A stretch of DNA of 64,000 bases from Pelagibacteraceae bacterium (GTDB lineage: Bacteria > Pseudomonadota > Alphaproteobacteria > Pelagibacterales > AG-422-B15): NCBI GenBank assembly GCA_038103905.1, contig JAYNZW010000008.1, positions 9,005 through 73,004 on the forward strand, written 5' to 3'. The notes below the pieces were generated by a model. The model saw only the letters and a list, made by a program, of their open reading frames with translations, was not told where the DNA came from and ran no database searches. Positions 8,637-18,179 of this stretch are shown here, one piece after another; position 1 is the stretch's first letter, and each line of letters starts with the position of its first letter. A program made the position numbers and the translations under genes.

Positions 8637-9782
8637 GTGAAAAAAATAAACAAAACATTACAAGCTGCGAAAGTAACAAGAAGATCAGTACTTAAAGGAG
8701 CTGCTGCGACAGGTGCCGCTGCTGCTATAGGTCCTTATTATGTTCCAAATGCTTTTGCTGCGCCCGTTGTAAATGTTTTAATGTGGGGTGAGTATTTGCC
8801 TGATTCAGTTGTTGCTGATTTTAAAGCAAAAACAGGAATTACTGTAAACCACACTAAAATTGGTGATAACGGTGAAATTATATCAAAAATGAAAGCTGGT
8901 GGCGGTGCTGGTTTTGATCTTGCGAGCCCAACAAATATGCGTGCTCTTCAGTGGGAAAACCTTGGTGTACTTCAGCCCTTTGATATGAACAGAATTAATA
9001 CTGGAAATGTTAACCCAGGAATGCTTGCGGTTGGTGAGCGAGATTGGAACTTCGGTGGTAAAGGTTCGCATTGGGTACCTCAATTATGGGGAACAGAGTC
9101 AATTGCATGGAGAACTGATAAATGGTCTCCAAATGGACTTCCAAGCTTTGGAGACATCTGGGAAGCTGATCCTGCAATTTCTGGTGCTTACATGATGGGT
9201 CGAACATATTCTATGATGACTGGTTGTGGAATTTGGATGCATCATCAAGGTAAAATGGATTTCTGGTCCTCTTACAAAGATGAAGATACAATGAGAAAAA
9301 ATTGGGAAACAATTACTGAGTATTGTATTTCTAAGAAATCTAATCTTGTTAAGTTCTGGTCTGGTGCAGATCCTCAAAAACAAGGCTTTACTTCTGACGG
9401 AGTTATTGTTGGCCAAACATGGGATGGTCCTATCGCTGCAATGATGAAAGCTGGAGAGCCTGTTGCTTATCAAACTACTGATGAAGGTGCTCTTGCATGG
9501 ATAGATGGTATTACTCTATCGGCAAAAGCAGAAAACATTGATGAAGCATATGAGTTAATCAACTACAGCTTTACACCTGAAGTTGGTGGAGCAACTATTA
9601 ACGCTATTGGATACAATTCAGCTGTTAATGGTGCGTCTGATCACTACTCTGCAGAAACAAAAGCTTTAGCTAAAGCAATCTATCCAGGAGACACGTCGAC
9701 TAAGTTAAATCCTTGGCCGCCTGAGCCACCTTGGTATGCTGACGCAAGGGCTGAATATGCAAATAAATTTGAAACTGCATAA
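8637..9782 (+). CDS. ABC transporter periplasmic substrate-binding protein, PotD/PotF (polyamine-type) family, with twin-arginine signal peptide
   Basis: 381-aa ORF with GTG start 8 nt after AGGAG. Signal TRRSVLKGAAATGAAAAIG...AFA|AP. PotD-like pattern VNVLMWGEYLPDSVVADFKAKTGITV. Confidence 0.75.
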   Translation: MKKINKTLQAAKVTRRSVLKGAAATGAAAAIGPYYVPNAFAAPVVNVLMWGEYLPDSVVADFKAKTGITVNHTKIGDNGEIISKMKAGGGAGFDLASPTNMRALQWENLGVLQPFDMNRINTGNVNPGMLAVGERDWNFGGKGSHWVPQLWGTESIAWRTDKWSPNGLPSFGDIWEADPAISGAYMMGRTYSMMTGCGIWMHHQGKMDFWSSYKDEDTMRKNWETITEYCISKKSNLVKFWSGADPQKQGFTSDGVIVGQTWDGPIAAMMKAGEPVAYQTTDEGALAWIDGITLSAKAENIDEAYELINYSFTPEVGGATINAIGYNSAVNGASDHYSAETKALAKAIYPGDTSTKLNPWPPEPPWYADARAEYANKFETA

Positions 9783-9805
9783 TCGGTTCTAATAAGTTTA
9801 AAAAA

Positions 9806-9837
9806 GCGTCTAAGTAATCCTACTTAGGCGCTTTTTT
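9806..9837 (+). terminator. Rho-independent terminator/attenuator after the binding-protein gene
   Basis: GCGTCTAAGTA-atcc-TACTTAGGCGC forms an 11-bp stem with one G.U pair, followed by TTTTTT. An A-run lies upstream. Confidence 0.8.
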
Positions 9838-9875
9838 CTGTCGTTTTTAATAAATAAATATTTATAATTTTCAAT

Positions 9876-10973
9876 ATGAGCGCTGGCGTTGAATTAAAAG
9901 ATGTATCTGTCACCTTCGGTAGTTTTTTTGCTGCAAAAAATGTAAATGTAAAAATAGAAGGAGGTGAATTTTTTAGTTTTTTAGGACCATCTGGATGTGG
10001 AAAAACAACTCTATTAAGAGCAATATCAGGATTTCAAGATCCATCTAAAGGCCAGGTTCTAATTGATAATAAAGATATGCTTGGCATTGGGCCAAACAAA
10101 AGACCCACTTCTCTAATATTTCAAAACCTTGCGTTGTTTCCTCTTATGACAGTTGCTGAGAATATTGCTTTTTCTCTTGAAGTTCGAGGCGTATCTAAAA
10201 GTGAAAGAATGAAAAGAGCAGGAGAGCTATTAGAACTTATTGCCCTTGAGGGCCAGGGAGATAAAAAAGTCCACCAATTATCGGGCGGCCAAAAACAAAG
10301 AGTAGCCATTGCCAGAGCTCTTGCGGTGGAACCAAAAGTTCTTTTGCTTGATGAGCCCTTGTCAGCGCTAGATTTAAAATTAAGACAAAGAATGAGAACT
10401 GAATTAAGAGAAATACAGAAACGAGTAAACATTACTTTTATATATATTACTCATGATCAGGGAGAAGCACTTACGATGTCAGATCGTATAGCAGTCATGA
10501 ACGAAGGTGAACTTGAACAAATTGGCCCTTGCGATGAAGTGTATAATAATCCGTTAACGCCTTTTGTCGCTACATTTGTTGGAGAGAACAACCCATTGTT
10601 TGGAAATATTATTGATGTAAATAATGGTGAGGCTAAGATTGAAACATCTGATGGAAACTTCATATCTTCAATTGATAAGTCCACAAAATTGAATGTAGGT
10701 GATGAAGCAATATCATTTGTTAGGCCAGAGTCTCTATTTATAATAAAAAATGACAATAAATTTCAGAATAAATTTAGAGCGAAAATTGAAAATATTGAAT
10801 TTGAAGGAAATGTTAAAAACTTTTATGCGTCATTAAATTCTGGTTCAAAAATAAAATTCTCGGTAGCTAATGCTATTGATACGAGTGAAATTGAAATAAA
10901 TAGCCAAATAGAACTAGGTTTTGATATTAACAAATCAATCATTTTGCCTAAAGGTGCGTTAGCAACTGAGTAA
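9876..10973 (+). CDS. ABC transporter ATP-binding protein, PotA-like
   Basis: 365-aa ORF. Walker A GPSGCGKTT, signature LSGGQKQRVAIARA, Walker B LLLDEPLSALD, H-loop ITHDQ. Has a C-terminal regulatory-type extension. Confidence 0.85.
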   Translation: MSAGVELKDVSVTFGSFFAAKNVNVKIEGGEFFSFLGPSGCGKTTLLRAISGFQDPSKGQVLIDNKDMLGIGPNKRPTSLIFQNLALFPLMTVAENIAFSLEVRGVSKSERMKRAGELLELIALEGQGDKKVHQLSGGQKQRVAIARALAVEPKVLLLDEPLSALDLKLRQRMRTELREIQKRVNITFIYITHDQGEALTMSDRIAVMNEGELEQIGPCDEVYNNPLTPFVATFVGENNPLFGNIIDVNNGEAKIETSDGNFISSIDKSTKLNVGDEAISFVRPESLFIIKNDNKFQNKFRAKIENIEFEGNVKNFYASLNSGSKIKFSVANAIDTSEIEINSQIELGFDINKSIILPKGALATE

Positions 10974-10974
10974 T

Positions 10975-11904
10975 ATGAAGAGCTTATTTTTTACTCAACC
11001 TTTTTTTCAAAAAAATGGAAAAAGTGTAGCCTTATTTTTTCTAGTTGCGATTGTATTTTGGTTTATTTTTTTAGTTATTATTCCACAACTTTATATGTTG
11101 GATTTATCATTCAGGGCCAACATACCTCCTTTGGAAAGAGGCGGACCTAAAGATTTTTATACATTAGAACATTATAGACATTTCATTTTTGGATCTAAGA
11201 CATCAGCTGATGCTTATAATTTTGTAGATCTAGGTGTATTTGGTAGGACAATTCTTGTATCAATTTTTGTCACCATAGCTAACCTTGCATTTTGCTATCC
11301 CATTGCATTTTATATTGCAAAAATTGCTACACCCAGTACTGCAAGACTATTAATTGTATCTTTAATCATACCATTTTGGATAAATGAGTTGCTTCGTTCA
11401 TTTGCTCTTAGAATACTTTTTGCGAATGAGGGTGTAATTAATAATGTCTTAACAGGCATAGGAATATTAGATCAAGGAATTCTATTTATTACTTATGATG
11501 TTGGTCTCTACACTGGATTAATATACGCATACATTTTGTTGATGATGTTCCCATTGTACAATGCAATTGAGAGTCTTGATATCAATCAAATTGAAGCAGC
11601 TAAAGACCTTGGCTCATCTACCTTTAGAACACACTGGAGAGTTGTAATACCTCACGCAAAACCTGGTATAGTTTCAGGCTGCACAATGGTATTCATGCTG
11701 ACTGTTGGGGCATTGGCTACTCCTGTTGTATTAAGTAGTCCTAATACTTTATGGTTTCCACAGCTTATTTATCAATGGTTTAATTTAAATGACAACTGGT
11801 CTAGAGGGTCTGCATATTCAATTATTCTATTAATTGTTTCAGTAGTTTTTGTTTTAACTATGATGAGGATATTTAAGGTCAGAATTGGGGAAATTATAAG
11901 ATGA
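10975..11904 (+). CDS. ABC transporter permease, PotB-like
   Basis: 309-aa multi-TM ORF with EAA loop IEAAKDLGSSTFRTHWRVVIP. Starts 1 nt after the ATPase stop. Confidence 0.8.
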   Translation: MKSLFFTQPFFQKNGKSVALFFLVAIVFWFIFLVIIPQLYMLDLSFRANIPPLERGGPKDFYTLEHYRHFIFGSKTSADAYNFVDLGVFGRTILVSIFVTIANLAFCYPIAFYIAKIATPSTARLLIVSLIIPFWINELLRSFALRILFANEGVINNVLTGIGILDQGILFITYDVGLYTGLIYAYILLMMFPLYNAIESLDINQIEAAKDLGSSTFRTHWRVVIPHAKPGIVSGCTMVFMLTVGALATPVVLSSPNTLWFPQLIYQWFNLNDNWSRGSAYSIILLIVSVVFVLTMMRIFKVRIGEIIR

Positions 11905-13109
11905 GATCCAGTTACGCAATGAATTTTTTAATGGGCATCTATATTTTAGTTTTTTTTACATACCTATTCGGCCCATTAATTATTATGAGTTTTACAGCAT
12001 TCAATTCTGCTGAGTTTCCAGCAATTACCCCTTGGGAATGCTTCAGTTTTAGATGGTTCAATGAAGGAAAAATCGCATATGATGGACAGCATCTAGCAGG
12101 ACTTTTAACAGATTGGAGACTGCATGATGGATTAATTTCAAGCTTAATAATTGGTGCAGGAGTTGTTTGTTTGTCAGTTCCTATTGGAATGGCAGCAGCA
12201 ATAGTTTTAACTCAAGTAAAATCTCAATTAAGAGATATATATTATTCAATTTCAATTATGCCTGTTCTTTTTCCCGGAGTAATTATAGGAATATCAACAG
12301 TTGTTTTATGGGATCGAATTGCAGGATTAGGCGGAGGTGGATTTATATCTGATGTAGGCAGGAATGGTATTTTTTTAACAATTTTGGCACAAACATGCTT
12401 TATATCGACCTATTGCTTTTTAATATTTGTAGCGAGATTACAACGATTTGATCAAACTCAAGAAGAGGCAGCGTTAGATCTTGGTGCATCTCAAACACAA
12501 GTGTTTTTTAAAATTCTTATTCCTTACTTAGCTCCTGCAATTGCCTCTGCCGCAGTTATTGCCTTTCTTGCATCATTTGAAAATTATAATACAACAGTTT
12601 TTAGTATTCTTTCAGACCAAACTTTAACAACTGTAATAGCATCAAAAGTAAGATTAGGAATAAGTCCTGCACTTAGCGCTCTTGCTTTAACTATTATTGC
12701 TCTTACAGTAATTGCAGCGGTAACATATGAAATTTTAAGAAGAAGACAGGAAAGAAAATATTTAGAGTCTCAAGAAGAATTCGTCAAAGAAAAAGCAGCT
12801 TCATCAAGGGTAAATAAAGACTACAAGGCTGGATTTAAAGTCCCTAAAGGAATAGTGGCTTTAATATTATTAGTTATTATTGGATCGTATGTTGCAACTC
12901 AAATTGTTAAGAATGACCTTTATGGAAACTCTTGCATTGAAGCGGCTGACACTCTTAAAAAATCAAAGTTCCTAGATCAGCTACAAACATTAGAGTCTAA
13001 TCAGCTTAGCGATGAAGATCTTCAAGGTGGGTCTTTGGGGGGAAATCAAGATTACGGAGACATTTTTGGTGACCCAACTTTATTTCAAGACTTTGGTGGA
13101 TTTGATTGA
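11901..13109 (+). CDS. ABC transporter permease, PotC-like, with about 120-aa C-terminal extension (extra TM helix plus acidic Gly-rich tail)
   Basis: 402-aa ORF with ATGA overlap with the upstream permease. EAA loop EEAALDLGASQTQVFFKILIP. Extension starts about residue 281 (RRQERKYLES...). Confidence 0.8.
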   Translation: MRSSYAMNFLMGIYILVFFTYLFGPLIIMSFTAFNSAEFPAITPWECFSFRWFNEGKIAYDGQHLAGLLTDWRLHDGLISSLIIGAGVVCLSVPIGMAAAIVLTQVKSQLRDIYYSISIMPVLFPGVIIGISTVVLWDRIAGLGGGGFISDVGRNGIFLTILAQTCFISTYCFLIFVARLQRFDQTQEEAALDLGASQTQVFFKILIPYLAPAIASAAVIAFLASFENYNTTVFSILSDQTLTTVIASKVRLGISPALSALALTIIALTVIAAVTYEILRRRQERKYLESQEEFVKEKAASSRVNKDYKAGFKVPKGIVALILLVIIGSYVATQIVKNDLYGNSCIEAADTLKKSKFLDQLQTLESNQLSDEDLQGGSLGGNQDYGDIFGDPTLFQDFGGFD

Positions 13110-13121
13110 TATATTTTAGGT

Positions 13122-14084
13122 ATGACAGATAAGAAAAAAACTATTCAACCAGTTAGTGGAAAAGTTGTCCCACGATATGCAGGCCCTTCAACATTTGCTA
13201 GATTACCTGAACTAAGAGATGTAGAACACTGTGATGTTGCAATTATTGGAGTACCATTTGATGCGGGTACAAGCTATCGACCTGGAGCAAGATTTGGCCC
13301 TCAAGCAGTAAGGCAAGCAGCAAGACAATTAAGAACAAATTATCATCCCGACTACGATGTTGAGCCTTTTGTTGTGCAACAAGTTGCCGATGCAGGTGAT
13401 ATTGCTTGCAATCCATTTAACATTGAAGAAGCAATAAAACAAATTGAGGATGGAGCATCATCTCTTTTAGAAAAAGTAGGAAGCATTGTTACGATTGGAG
13501 GAGACCACACTATTGCTCTACCGTTACTTAGAGCAGTAAATAAGAAATGTGGTCAACCTGTTGCACTAGTTCATTTTGATGCTCATTTGGATACTTGGGA
13601 TACATACTTTGGTGCCCCTTATACTCATGGAACACCATTCAGAAGAGCAAGAGAAGAAAAATTATTTCTAGATGATGCTTCAATGCACGTAGGAATTAGA
13701 GGGCCTCTGTACAGTCCTGATGATCTTAAGAGCGATGCTGAACTCGGTTTTAAAATTATTCATTGTGATGAATTTCAAACTCATACTATTGAACAAATTG
13801 TTAAAAGAATAAGAGATAGAGTTGGAGACAATCCATTGTATGTTTCAATAGATATTGACGTTCTTGATCCAGCTCATGCACCTGGAACTGGAACCCCTGA
13901 AATTGCTGGAATGACCAGTAGAGAAATTTTAAATGTTATTAGAGGTTTGGCAGGAATGAATTTAGTATCTGCTGATGTTGTTGAAGTTGCTCCAGCTTAC
14001 GATCATGCTGAGTTGACCTCTACAGCAGCCGCTACTATTGTTTATGAATTAATAAATGTCATAGCAAAGAATCCAAAAAAATAA
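13122..14084 (+). CDS. Arginase-fold ureohydrolase, agmatinase/guanidino-acid hydrolase family
   Basis: 320-aa ORF. Mn-ligand motifs GGDHTIALP, HFDAHLDTWD, SIDIDVLDP and GTGTPE are all present. Confidence 0.85.
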   Translation: MTDKKKTIQPVSGKVVPRYAGPSTFARLPELRDVEHCDVAIIGVPFDAGTSYRPGARFGPQAVRQAARQLRTNYHPDYDVEPFVVQQVADAGDIACNPFNIEEAIKQIEDGASSLLEKVGSIVTIGGDHTIALPLLRAVNKKCGQPVALVHFDAHLDTWDTYFGAPYTHGTPFRRAREEKLFLDDASMHVGIRGPLYSPDDLKSDAELGFKIIHCDEFQTHTIEQIVKRIRDRVGDNPLYVSIDIDVLDPAHAPGTGTPEIAGMTSREILNVIRGLAGMNLVSADVVEVAPAYDHAELTSTAAATIVYELINVIAKNPKK

Positions 14085-14864
14085 TTAGTTTATTTCAAAC
14101 CATATTGGCACATGGTCTGAAGGTCTCTCCATTCCTCTAAATTTCTTTTCTATTTGGCAGTCATGTAAGCGGTCTACCGCTCTTGGTGAAGCAAGAAAGT
14201 GGTCTATTCTAAGGCCATTGTCTTTTTCCCAGGCCCCTCTAGAATAATCCCAATATGTAAATTCATAAGGTTTAGAATTAAAAATTCTAAAAACATCAGT
14301 CATGCCCAAGTTTATAATTGAGCGAAAAATTTCAATTGATTTTGGATGATGTAAAGCATCATTTCTCCATTTTTCGATATTTACAGCATCTTGATGATTA
14401 GGAATGATATTAAAATCACCTCCAAAGATGAATGTTTCATTATTCTCCATTTTTTTTTCTACATATAACTTCAATTTTTTCATCCAATCTAATTTGTAAG
14501 AAAATTTATCAGTATCAATTGGATTACCATTTGGTAGATAAATAGATGCAATATCAAAAGGTTTATCATCTAAAACTCTTACTTCTATGAACCTTGCTTG
14601 GTCATCTTTGTCATTTTTAGGTAGAGCAGTATTTTTTAATTCAACAGGTACCTTAGATAAAATAGCAACTCCATTATAAGATTTTTGACCAGTATTATTA
14701 ATTTCATACCCCTGATCCTTAATATCTTCATAAGGAAAATCTTCATTTGTAGTTTTGGTTTCCTGCAACAATATAATATCAGGATTATTTTCTTTAATTA
14801 AAATACTTAAGTGGTCAAGCCTTACGCGAATTGAGTTAACATTCCAGCTAACTATTTTTGTCAC
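14085..14864 (-). CDS. xthA: Exodeoxyribonuclease III / AP endonuclease
   Basis: Motifs VSWNVNS, LQETK, GGDFNIIP and SDHVPIW. I place the start at GTG 14864 (VTKIVSWNVN), giving a GTGA overlap with the erpA stop. The ATG-opened ORF extends to 14897. Confidence 0.85.
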   Translation of the reverse strand: MTKIVSWNVNSIRVRLDHLSILIKENNPDIILLQETKTTNEDFPYEDIKDQGYEINNTGQKSYNGVAILSKVPVELKNTALPKNDKDDQARFIEVRVLDDKPFDIASIYLPNGNPIDTDKFSYKLDWMKKLKLYVEKKMENNETFIFGGDFNIIPNHQDAVNIEKWRNDALHHPKSIEIFRSIINLGMTDVFRIFNSKPYEFTYWDYSRGAWEKDNGLRIDHFLASPRAVDRLHDCQIEKKFRGMERPSDHVPIWFEIN

Positions 14865-15199
14865 GTCTTTGGGGAAAAGGATGTTCCACAGCCACAAGAT
14901 GCTGCAGCATTTGGATTGTTTATCTTAAAAGAAGACTCAATAAGTTTATTCTCAAAGTCAATTTCAGAACCGTTAAGATATTCAAGAGAGATTTGATCAA
15001 CTACTAAGTTGGCGCCGTCTTTACTAAATATGATATCGTCGGGAGTTGTTTCAGAGTCTAGTGAAAAACCATACTGAAACCCCGAGCATCCACCACCCGA
15101 AACTGAAAGCCTTAGCTTTACGTCATCATCTTCTTTTTCAGTTAATGAGAGAATTTTTTTAACTGCATTATCTGTGATATTAATTTGATTATTTTCCAT
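14861..15199 (-). CDS. erpA: A-type iron-sulfur cluster insertion/carrier protein (HesB/IscA/ErpA family)
   Basis: 112-aa ORF with GGGCSGFQY and the C-terminal CGCGTSF cysteine motif. Confidence 0.85.
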   Translation of the reverse strand: MENNQINITDNAVKKILSLTEKEDDDVKLRLSVSGGGCSGFQYGFSLDSETTPDDIIFSKDGANLVVDQISLEYLNGSEIDFENKLIESSFKINNPNAAASCGCGTSFSPKT

Positions 15200-15270
15200 A
15201 GTTTGTGATGTTTATACAAATAAATATATATTATAATATGTAGTTACTTTTTTTAGAATAATCAAGTTGA

Positions 15271-16410
15271 ATGAAAAATTCCCTTAATTTATCAAAAATT
15301 TCTATTAATCATAGCGAGTCAAAGGGTAGGATTTTTAAAGAAAATTTTAGCCAAACTAGATCAGAGTATCAGAGAGATAGGGATAGAGTTCTTCATTCCG
15401 CAGCATTTAGAAGATTAAAACATAAGACACAAGTTTTTGTCTCGCATGAAGGTGACCATTACCGTACAAGATTAACTCATTCTCTTGAAGTGTCTCAAAT
15501 AGCAAGATCAATTTGTCGAATATTTAATCTTAATGAAGACATTGCTGAAACATTATCTATTGCTCATGACATTGGTCATCCACCTTTTGGACACGCCGGT
15601 GAAGAAGCATTAAAAAAACTTATGAGTAAACATGATGGCTTTGATCATAATGATCAAGCAATTAGGATTGTTCATTTACTTGAAAAAAAATATTTTGATT
15701 TTGATGGTTTAAATTTAACTTGGGAAACTCTCGAGGGATTAGTAAAGCACAATGGTCCTTTTAAGAAGGAAATTCCACCAACAATATTGAAATTAAACAG
15801 CGAGTTTGATTTAGAGCTTAAAGAATATCCATCACTGGAAGCCCAAATTGCATCAATTTCAGATGATATTGCTTACAATAATCATGACATCGATGATGGT
15901 CTCAGAGCTGGTTTTTTTACATATAGTGACTTGAAAGATTTGCCCTTAATTGGAGAAATTATTGATAACCTGCCTAAAAATTTTGAAACAAGAGATATTC
16001 AAAGAATTAATAATGAAATTACACGAAGATCAACAAATTTGATGATATCTGATATTATCATGAACATCGAAAAAAATATTAATAATGAAAAAATAACAAG
16101 TATCAATCAGATAAGGGGTCTAGATAAACCTGTAGTTAATTTTACGAATGAGATGAAATCAAAAGTAGACTCAGTGAGAAAATTTCTATCTACAAGGATG
16201 TATAGTCATGACTCCATTAACGACATGTCAAAAAATGCACATGATATTATAACTTTTCTATATAACTTCTTGATAAATGCAGAGGATAGTATTCTTAAGG
16301 AATTAAAAATTGATTTAAACAGAGATGATAGTAAAAATAGAATTATATGTGATTTCATAGCAGGAATGACTGATAATTATGCAAGAAAAATTTATGAAAA
16401 ATATTCTTAG
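15271..16410 (+). CDS. dgt: dGTP triphosphohydrolase-like HD-domain protein
   Basis: 379-aa ORF with HD-domain motifs RLTHSLEVSQIAR and HDIGHPPFGH. Confidence 0.85.
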   Translation: MKNSLNLSKISINHSESKGRIFKENFSQTRSEYQRDRDRVLHSAAFRRLKHKTQVFVSHEGDHYRTRLTHSLEVSQIARSICRIFNLNEDIAETLSIAHDIGHPPFGHAGEEALKKLMSKHDGFDHNDQAIRIVHLLEKKYFDFDGLNLTWETLEGLVKHNGPFKKEIPPTILKLNSEFDLELKEYPSLEAQIASISDDIAYNNHDIDDGLRAGFFTYSDLKDLPLIGEIIDNLPKNFETRDIQRINNEITRRSTNLMISDIIMNIEKNINNEKITSINQIRGLDKPVVNFTNEMKSKVDSVRKFLSTRMYSHDSINDMSKNAHDIITFLYNFLINAEDSILKELKIDLNRDDSKNRIICDFIAGMTDNYARKIYEKYS

Positions 16411-16412
16411 TT

Positions 16413-18179
16413 ATGGATAGTATTTATAGTCATTATCGATTGATAGTTGCAGAAAGTTGCCTTAAATCTAACGAGCTAAGTTTTGAAAATTCTAATAAAT
16501 TAAAAATTTCTGATATTCTTTCCTTACCTTTCATTGTTGAAAAACCAAATAATGAAAATTTTGGAGACTTAAGTACTAATATTGCATTAATCTCGAGTAA
16601 ATCTTTTTCAAAAAAACCTATAGAAATTGCCGAATACTTAAAAAAAGAATTAATTAAGTTAGATGATTTTGAAGAAATAAATATTGTTAAACCTGGATTC
16701 ATAAACTTTAAATTAAAGCATAAAGTCTTAATTAGCTTTTTGAGAAAAGTTATTAATAAAAAAAAATTGATTTCTGAAAGTATCGGTAAAGGTAAATCTA
16801 TTAACGTTGAATACGTATCTGCAAATCCAACGGGCCCTTTACACGTTGGTCATTGTAGAGGTGCTGTTTATGGTGATGTTTTATCAACTTTATTAGTTGC
16901 AACGGGCCACCAGGTTACAAAAGAATATTATGTTAATGATGCAGGATCACAAATTGATTTGTTAGCCAAATCAGCAATCATTCGATACAAAGAATTATTT
17001 AATGGTCCAAATAAAGATTATCCTGAAGATTTTTATCCTGGCGAATATCTAATTTCTGTCGCTAAAGAACTTAAAAAACAATTTGGTGAAAAACTGATTT
17101 CTGATGATTCAAATCAATATTTTGATCAAGTCAAAGAAAAAACAGTTTCCATGATGCTGGAGATGATCAAAAATGATTTAAAAAACCTTAATATTAATCA
17201 AGATATTTTTGTTTCAGAACTTGAGTTGGTTAAAAAAGGAAAAATCGATGAGGCAATCAATGAACTTAAAGAACAGGATTTGATATATCATGGAACTTTA
17301 GAGCAGCCAAAGGGCAAGGTGATTGAAGACTGGGAACCGCGTGAGCAAATGTTGTTTAAATCAAGTCTATATGGTGATGAAGTTGATAGACCATTACAAA
17401 AATCAAATGGTGAATGGACGTATTTTGCCAACGATATCGCATATCATTTTGATAAATATAAAAGAGGATCTGATCACTTAATAGACATTCTTGGGGCCGA
17501 TCATGGAGGTTATGTGAAAAGAATGAATGCTTCAGTCAAAGCACTTACATCAAATAGAGCTGAGTTCACAGCTAAATTATGTCAAATGGTAAAGCTTACA
17601 AAAAATGGAAAACAATTAAAAATGTCAAAGCGTGCTGGAGATTTCATAACTTTGGAAGACATGATTAGTGAAGTCGGATCTGACTCAATACGATTTATGA
17701 TGATGTATAGAAAAAATGAGGCGCCATTAGAATTTGATTTTGATAAGGTCACCGAGCAATCAAAAGATAATCCTGTTTTTTATGTGCAGTATGCTCATGC
17801 TAGAATTTCATCAGTATTAAGAAAACTCGACAATGATAATGAATATTTTGATTTAAATGATTTCTCAGAGTGTAAATTAGAATTACTCACTAGTAATCAA
17901 GAGATAGATTTAATTAGAAAAATTTTAGATTGGGAAAGTGTAATAGAAACTTCGGTGACTCTCTTTGAGCCACATCGAATTGCGTATTATTTATATGAAT
18001 TATCGGCAGTTTTTCATTCACTTTGGAATCAAGGAAAGATTGACTCTAGCCTTAGATTTATAGAAATTGAAAATGATGAATTAAGCTATGCAAGGATAGG
18101 TCTAATTTTATCAGCGCAAAGAACAATTAAATCAGGTTTGGATATTTTAGGAGTTTCTGCCCCTAATGAAATGAAGTAA
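16413..18179 (+). CDS. argS: Arginine--tRNA ligase
   Basis: 588-aa ORF with class-I motifs PTGPLHVGH (HIGH) and KMSKRAG (KMSKS). Confidence 0.95.
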   Translation: MDSIYSHYRLIVAESCLKSNELSFENSNKLKISDILSLPFIVEKPNNENFGDLSTNIALISSKSFSKKPIEIAEYLKKELIKLDDFEEINIVKPGFINFKLKHKVLISFLRKVINKKKLISESIGKGKSINVEYVSANPTGPLHVGHCRGAVYGDVLSTLLVATGHQVTKEYYVNDAGSQIDLLAKSAIIRYKELFNGPNKDYPEDFYPGEYLISVAKELKKQFGEKLISDDSNQYFDQVKEKTVSMMLEMIKNDLKNLNINQDIFVSELELVKKGKIDEAINELKEQDLIYHGTLEQPKGKVIEDWEPREQMLFKSSLYGDEVDRPLQKSNGEWTYFANDIAYHFDKYKRGSDHLIDILGADHGGYVKRMNASVKALTSNRAEFTAKLCQMVKLTKNGKQLKMSKRAGDFITLEDMISEVGSDSIRFMMMYRKNEAPLEFDFDKVTEQSKDNPVFYVQYAHARISSVLRKLDNDNEYFDLNDFSECKLELLTSNQEIDLIRKILDWESVIETSVTLFEPHRIAYYLYELSAVFHSLWNQGKIDSSLRFIEIENDELSYARIGLILSAQRTIKSGLDILGVSAPNEMK

